From positions 3,232,001-3,296,000 of the forward strand of contig OY762926.1 of assembly GCA_963666735.1 (NCBI GenBank): a stretch of DNA of 64,000 bases, given 5' to 3'. Source of the DNA: Gemmatimonadota bacterium (GTDB lineage Bacteria; Gemmatimonadota; Gemmatimonadetes; Palauibacterales; Palauibacteraceae). Below, piece by piece: positions 59,027 through 64,000 of this stretch (within the stretch, counting starts at the first letter, position 1; each line of letters starts with the position of its first letter). The notes under the pieces are model-generated. The model was not told the DNA's origin. It made no database searches and saw nothing but the letters and a program-made list of their open reading frames with translations. The position numbers were made by a program, and so were the translations under genes.

Positions 59027-60714
59027 ACGCAGGGCGCGGGCGGGCGGTCTACGGCGTCATTGTGCTCGGCTTGGCGCTCATGGGATGTGGACGAGGCGAT
59101 GTACCCGGCGGGCCGGAGCCGTTCGACGTGCTGATCACGGGGGCGCGGATCGTGGACGGGGCGGGGAACCCGTGGGTACGCGGCGACATCGGGCTTCGAG
59201 GCGACCGGATCGCGGCGGTCGGCGACCTGGACGGACACGCGGCGGTGCGCACGATCGACGCGGCGGATCGCGTAGTCACCCCCGGCTTCATTGACATGAT
59301 GGGCCAGTCGAGCGTCGTCCTCGTCACGGATCCCCCGAGCGCCGAGAGCAAGCTCCGCCAGGGAATCACGACCTACCTCTCGGGGGAAGGCGGGTCGGCC
59401 GCGCCCCAAAGCGACGCCACGCAGCCCGAGGGTCCGGTCGTGAACGGCGAGGAACTGCGCTGGCGGACGTACGCGGAGTACTTCGCGCACGTCGAGCGCA
59501 TCGGCATCCCGATCAACGTGGTCCACGACGTGGGGCTCACCCAGGTGCGGCGCGTGGTTCTGGGCGAGGAGGATGTACAGCCGACGCCTGAGCAGTTGGA
59601 GGAGATGAAGGCGCTCGTCCGGCAGGCCATGGAGGATGGGGCCGTCGGGACCTCGACATCTCTCATCTATCCGCCCGCCGTGTACGCGACGACGGAGGAA
59701 CTCGTCGAACTCACGCGCGTCGCCGGCGAGTACGGCGGCACCTACTTCACGCACATGCGGAACGAGTCACACTCGGTGCTGGAGGCGATCCGGGAAGCGA
59801 TCGAGATCGGCGTCCGCGCCGGCACCCCCGTCCACATCTACCACCTGAAGGCGGCGGGGCGGGAGAACTGGCCGCTGATGGCCGAAGCCCTCGCCCTCAT
59901 CGACTCGGCGCGCGTGGCCGGGATCGACGTGACTGCGGACATCTATCCCTACATCCGCAACGGGATCGGTCTTGGGTCCTTCCTTCATCCGCGGCACTAC
60001 GCGGGCGGCGCGGCGCCCTTCCTGGAGACCCTGGCCGACCCCGCGGTGCGGGCCGAACTCCGCCGCGAGGTCGAGACCACGTCGGACTGGGAGAACTGGT
60101 ACCGCCACGTGGGGATGGACTGGGGCAAGGTCCTCATCGTCTCCGCCCCGGACGACGTGGACGAGCGGGTGATCAACCACTCGGTCGCCGAGGCGGCGGA
60201 CATCCTCGGGACGGAGGAATGGGATGCGTTCTTCGATCTCGTGCGGGCCGGCGGCGTGAGCGTGAACCCGCAGAGCATGAACGAGGAGCAGAAGTGGCAG
60301 GCGCTCCGGGCCGAGTTCGTGATGATCGACACCGATGCTTCGCCCACGAATCCGGCCACGGCGGCGAGTGCGCATCCGAGGGCGTTCGGGGCCTTCCCGC
60401 GCGTCATCGCGAAGTACGTGAGAGAGGACGGGATCCTGAGTCTGGAGGACGCGGTGCGCCGCATGACGTCGCTCGCCGCCCGTCGGCTGGGGCTGGCGGA
60501 CAGAGGCCTGATCGCGCCGGGGATGGCGGCGGATCTCGTGCTCTTCGATCCGGACGAGGTGCGGGACATGGCCCGGTTCGGGGACGCGATGCGGTATGCC
60601 GAGGGGATGGATTATGTGTTCGTGAACGGCGTGCCGGTGATCGATGACGGCGCGCTGGCGGAGGCGCAGCCCGGCAGGCTCCTGCGCCGGGAGACGGGAG
60701 CGGGGCCGCGATGA
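59023..60714 (+). CDS. N-acyl-D-amino-acid deacylase-family lipoprotein
   Basis: PGFIDM, THMRNE, YHLK, HPRAFGAFPRV. Confidence 0.9.
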   Translation: MNAGRGRAVYGVIVLGLALMGCGRGDVPGGPEPFDVLITGARIVDGAGNPWVRGDIGLRGDRIAAVGDLDGHAAVRTIDAADRVVTPGFIDMMGQSSVVLVTDPPSAESKLRQGITTYLSGEGGSAAPQSDATQPEGPVVNGEELRWRTYAEYFAHVERIGIPINVVHDVGLTQVRRVVLGEEDVQPTPEQLEEMKALVRQAMEDGAVGTSTSLIYPPAVYATTEELVELTRVAGEYGGTYFTHMRNESHSVLEAIREAIEIGVRAGTPVHIYHLKAAGRENWPLMAEALALIDSARVAGIDVTADIYPYIRNGIGLGSFLHPRHYAGGAAPFLETLADPAVRAELRREVETTSDWENWYRHVGMDWGKVLIVSAPDDVDERVINHSVAEAADILGTEEWDAFFDLVRAGGVSVNPQSMNEEQKWQALRAEFVMIDTDASPTNPATAASAHPRAFGAFPRVIAKYVREDGILSLEDAVRRMTSLAARRLGLADRGLIAPGMAADLVLFDPDEVRDMARFGDAMRYAEGMDYVFVNGVPVIDDGALAEAQPGRLLRRETGAGPR

Positions 60715-62399
60715 GGGAGATCGGGACTTCACGGACCGTCGCCGTGCTGGCGGCGCTGTGCGTCGCGGGGCTGGGGCTTGCGGCCTGCGGGGCGCCCCCG
60801 CGGGAGGCGGCGGATCTCGTCTTCGTGGACGGAGACGTGCTCACGCTCGGGGCGCCGGGGGTGGTGGAGGCGCTGGCGGTGAGCGGCGGCCGGGTGCTGG
60901 CGGTGGGGACTTCGGAGGAGATTCGCGGGCTGGCCGGACCCGGCACGCGCGTCGTGGAGTTGAACGGACGCACCGTGATCCCGGGGCTCACCGACAACCA
61001 CTACCACGGGATCGGGGGCGGGCCCGGCGTCGACCTGACGCGCGCGCGATCGATGGCGGAAGTGATCGACGCGATCGCGGCCTTCGCGCTGGAGACGGCC
61101 CCCGGGGAGTTGATCGTCACGAACCGCGACTGGCACGAGGGGCAACTCGCCGAGCACCGCCTTCCCTACCGTGACGATCTCGACGGCCCGGCGCCGGGGC
61201 AGCCGGTCGTCGTCGTCCGCGGCGGGCACGAATACGTGCTGAACAGCGCGGCGCTCGCCCGCTGGGGCATCGACGAATCGACGCCGGAGGTACCGGGCGG
61301 CCGCATCGGACGCTATCCGGACGGGCGGCTGAACGGCGAACTCGTCGACCGCGCCAAGGACCTCGTGACGCTGCCCCAAGCCGCGCCGCCCGACCCGGGG
61401 GCCGTCCTCGATGCGCTGGCCGGGGAGTACGCCGCGCTCAACGCCCGCGGCCTGACGAGCATCCGCTACCCGGGCGGCCCCCCCGAGCAGTACCGGGCCA
61501 TCGAGCGGCTCCGGGACGAGGGCCGGCTCACCCTGCGCGTGAACTACGTGCTCCGGGCGCCACGGGGCGCCGGAGCGCCGCCGGTCGCCGACGCGCTCGC
61601 GGCGTGGCCCGCCATGGGCGAGGGCAACGACTGGCTTCGCGTCGGCGGTGTGAAGCTCGGCGTGGACGGCGGCTTCGAGGGCGGCCTCATGCGCGAGCCG
61701 TACGAGGAACCGTGGGGCGAGGGCGGCGCCTTCCACGGCCTGCAGACCGTGCCCACCGAGCGCTACATCGAGACCGTCCGCGAACTTCACCGGCAGGGTT
61801 GGCGCGTGGCGACGCACGCGGTGGGCGACGCGGCCATCGACCTCGTCCTCGACGGCTACGAGGCCGCGAACGCCGATGCCCCGATCGACGGCCTGCGCTG
61901 GGTCATCGAACACGGCTTCATTGCGCGCGAGGACCACTTCCCGCGCATGCGGGCGCTCGGCCTCTCCGTGACGGCGCAGAACCACCTCTACGTGGCGGCG
62001 CCGAGTCTTGTGAAGTACTGGGGCGAGGAGCGCGCCGCCCGGACCACCCCCGTGCGCGCCTATCTGGACGCCGGGATCCCGGTGTCGCTGGGGACGGATT
62101 CCCCCGTCATCCCCTGGGACCCGTGGTGGATGCTGCACCACTTCACCACGCGCGGCACGATCAGCGCCGGCGTGCTGGATCCGGCCCAGGCGATCACCCG
62201 CGAGGAGGCGCTGCGCGCGGTGACAAGCGGGTACGCGCACCTCACCTTCGAAGAGGAAGAGAAGGGGACGCTCGAGACCGGCATGGCCGCCGACCTCGTC
62301 GTGACGGCCGAGCACGTGCTGGAATGTGAGGACCCATGTCTGGAATCGATGGAGGTCGATCTCACCGTGGTGGACGGCCGGGTCGTATACGAGCGGTGA
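60711..62399 (+). CDS. Amidohydrolase_3 (YtcJ-like) lipoprotein
   Basis: PGLTDNHYH, HAVGD, IEH, GTDSP. Confidence 0.9.
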   Translation: MREIGTSRTVAVLAALCVAGLGLAACGAPPREAADLVFVDGDVLTLGAPGVVEALAVSGGRVLAVGTSEEIRGLAGPGTRVVELNGRTVIPGLTDNHYHGIGGGPGVDLTRARSMAEVIDAIAAFALETAPGELIVTNRDWHEGQLAEHRLPYRDDLDGPAPGQPVVVVRGGHEYVLNSAALARWGIDESTPEVPGGRIGRYPDGRLNGELVDRAKDLVTLPQAAPPDPGAVLDALAGEYAALNARGLTSIRYPGGPPEQYRAIERLRDEGRLTLRVNYVLRAPRGAGAPPVADALAAWPAMGEGNDWLRVGGVKLGVDGGFEGGLMREPYEEPWGEGGAFHGLQTVPTERYIETVRELHRQGWRVATHAVGDAAIDLVLDGYEAANADAPIDGLRWVIEHGFIAREDHFPRMRALGLSVTAQNHLYVAAPSLVKYWGEERAARTTPVRAYLDAGIPVSLGTDSPVIPWDPWWMLHHFTTRGTISAGVLDPAQAITREEALRAVTSGYAHLTFEEEEKGTLETGMAADLVVTAEHVLECEDPCLESMEVDLTVVDGRVVYER

Positions 62400-62461
62400 C
62401 CTTCTCCGTACGTTGCCCCAAGCCCGGATGGTCGGCCCCGGCACGTCACCAGGAGGACCCC

Positions 62462-63874
62462 ATGCGCCGTCCCACTCTTGTCGCTCTCTGCTTCGTTCTG
62501 TCCCTCACCGCCCTGGCGCCCGCCGTCGGGTCCGACACTCATGCGCAGAGCCGTTCGCCCATCGACGCCGAGACTCGCTGGACGCTGGCCGCGGTGGGTG
62601 ACGTGATCATGAACCGGCGCACGGCGCCGTTCGATCACCCCGGCGATCCGGGCTTCCACGACCTCGCGAACATCATCCGCGCGACCGATGCCGCCTTCCT
62701 GAACCTCGAGCAGTCGGTCTTCCGGCTGCAGGAGTTCACGGGCTGGCCGGCGGCGGAGAACGGGGGGAACTACGAGGTGGGTTCGCCCGAGACGCTGAAG
62801 GACCTCGTGGACATGGGGTTCAACCTCTACAACCGGGCGAACAACCACTCGACGGACTACGGGGTCGAGGGTATGCGCCTCACGAACCGGCTGATGGACG
62901 ATTGGGGCCTCATCCACTCGGGGACCGGCGAGAACCTGGGCTGGGCGAGTCGCCCCGGATACCTCGAGACTCCGAAGGGGAGGATCGCGCTCATCGGGAT
63001 GGCGTCCACCTTCACGCCCATGTCGCGCGCGGGCCGCACCGGCCCGACCGTGCAGGGCCGCCCGGGGCTGAACCCGCTGCGGCTGAGCGCGCGCTACGAA
63101 GGATCGCCGGAGACGATGGCCGCGCTGCGGGAGGTGGCCGGGCGGCAGGGCGCGAACGTGCCGGAGGACCCGGACGCGCCGGTGCGCGTGTTCGGGTCCA
63201 CGGTGTTCCCGGGCGACGAGGACCGCGCGACCGTGTCTCTCAACGACGAGGACCGCGAGCGGGTCCTGCACGAGGTGCGAAACGCCACGGACCAGGCCGA
63301 CTACGTCGTCGTGAACAGCCACTCGCACGAGCCCGGCAACGCCTTCGTGACCGCGCCTCCATGGATGGAGGAGTTCGCGCGGCAGACGATCGACGCGGGG
63401 GCGAACACGTTCATCATCCACGGCCCGCACCAGCTCCGCGGCGTGGAGATCTACAGGGGCCGGCCCATCTTCTACTCGCTCGCGAACTTCATCTTCCAGA
63501 ACGAGACGATCGACCCCATGCCCTCCGACCAGCGCGACCGCTACGGGATCCCGCTCGACCGGCTCGCCTCGGAGATCTACGACACCCGCTTCCAGGTGGA
63601 CGAGGACGGCAACCCGACGACGGGCTTCCCCATCGGATCCGAGTGGTACGAGAGCGTGGTCCCGGTGGCGACCTTCGAGGGCGACGAGGTGGTCGAGATC
63701 ATCTTCCACCCGATCGAACTGAGCTGGAAGGCGCCGCGGGGGCGGCGCGGCACCCCCCGGATCGCGCCCGAGGAACTGGGCCGCAAGATCATCGAGCACC
63801 TCGCCGAGCTGTCGCGCCCGTACGGCACCGAGATCGTCTACGCAAACGGCGTCGGCGTCTGGCGACGCCGATAG
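62462..63874 (+). CDS. CapA-family metallophosphoesterase
   Basis: VGD, NLE, ANNH..DYG, HSHE, HGPH, FYSLANF. Confidence 0.92.
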   Translation: MRRPTLVALCFVLSLTALAPAVGSDTHAQSRSPIDAETRWTLAAVGDVIMNRRTAPFDHPGDPGFHDLANIIRATDAAFLNLEQSVFRLQEFTGWPAAENGGNYEVGSPETLKDLVDMGFNLYNRANNHSTDYGVEGMRLTNRLMDDWGLIHSGTGENLGWASRPGYLETPKGRIALIGMASTFTPMSRAGRTGPTVQGRPGLNPLRLSARYEGSPETMAALREVAGRQGANVPEDPDAPVRVFGSTVFPGDEDRATVSLNDEDRERVLHEVRNATDQADYVVVNSHSHEPGNAFVTAPPWMEEFARQTIDAGANTFIIHGPHQLRGVEIYRGRPIFYSLANFIFQNETIDPMPSDQRDRYGIPLDRLASEIYDTRFQVDEDGNPTTGFPIGSEWYESVVPVATFEGDEVVEIIFHPIELSWKAPRGRRGTPRIAPEELGRKIIEHLAELSRPYGTEIVYANGVGVWRRR

Positions 63875-64000
63875 CCGCCGGCCCCGCGCACCGGGTGGCT
63901 CATGGAGACGTTCCCGCGGGAACGTGCCTGTCGGCTCAGTCAGTGCCGCGCAACTCCACGGGTTGGCCGTGGGGGGTGTGGCGGTAGGCGTCCGCCCACG

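Noticed and set aside
63907..64000. Palindrome ACGTTCCCGCGGGAACGT and possible minus-strand gene end at 63936
   Set aside because: Probably a terminator-like hairpin; too little sequence to call the CDS

Overview
GC-rich bacterial chromosome segment. The gene content (alternative complex III, many signal-peptide 6-bladed beta-propellers, amidohydrolases) suggests Gemmatimonadota, but that is inference. Core-like blocks: actA/actB, a six-tRNA operon, sahR-ahcY, tRNA-Pro(GGG) with a B12-binding-type uptake pair, a hydantoinase/SSS/FAD-oxidoreductase operon, nfo, PH-domain pair and periplasmic hydrolases. Three accessory zones interrupt them. (1) ~2.1-19.7 kb, after tRNA-Pro(CGG): a mosaic of about 13 type II antitoxin genes or relics but only 3 intact toxins. 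Unrelated cargo genes (MmeI-like R-M enzyme, DUF5677-like protein, EndoIII-like glycosylase, beta-propellers) repeatedly sit directly behind, or are fused in frame to, antitoxins, and junctions carry 40-175 bp ~90% identical copies of neighbouring coding sequence. (2) 27.0-31.2 kb: an integrase-free ABC-ATPase/TOPRIM-like island bounded by a diverged duplicate of the host gene's 3' end and broken by nested IS3-family elements. (3) 40.2-43.1 kb: an HTH-vsr-C5 methyltransferase-HNH locus whose methyltransferase gene appears dual-coded in two frames. I saw no CRISPR array, integrase, reverse transcriptase or rRNA. All family assignments are by motif recognition, not database search.
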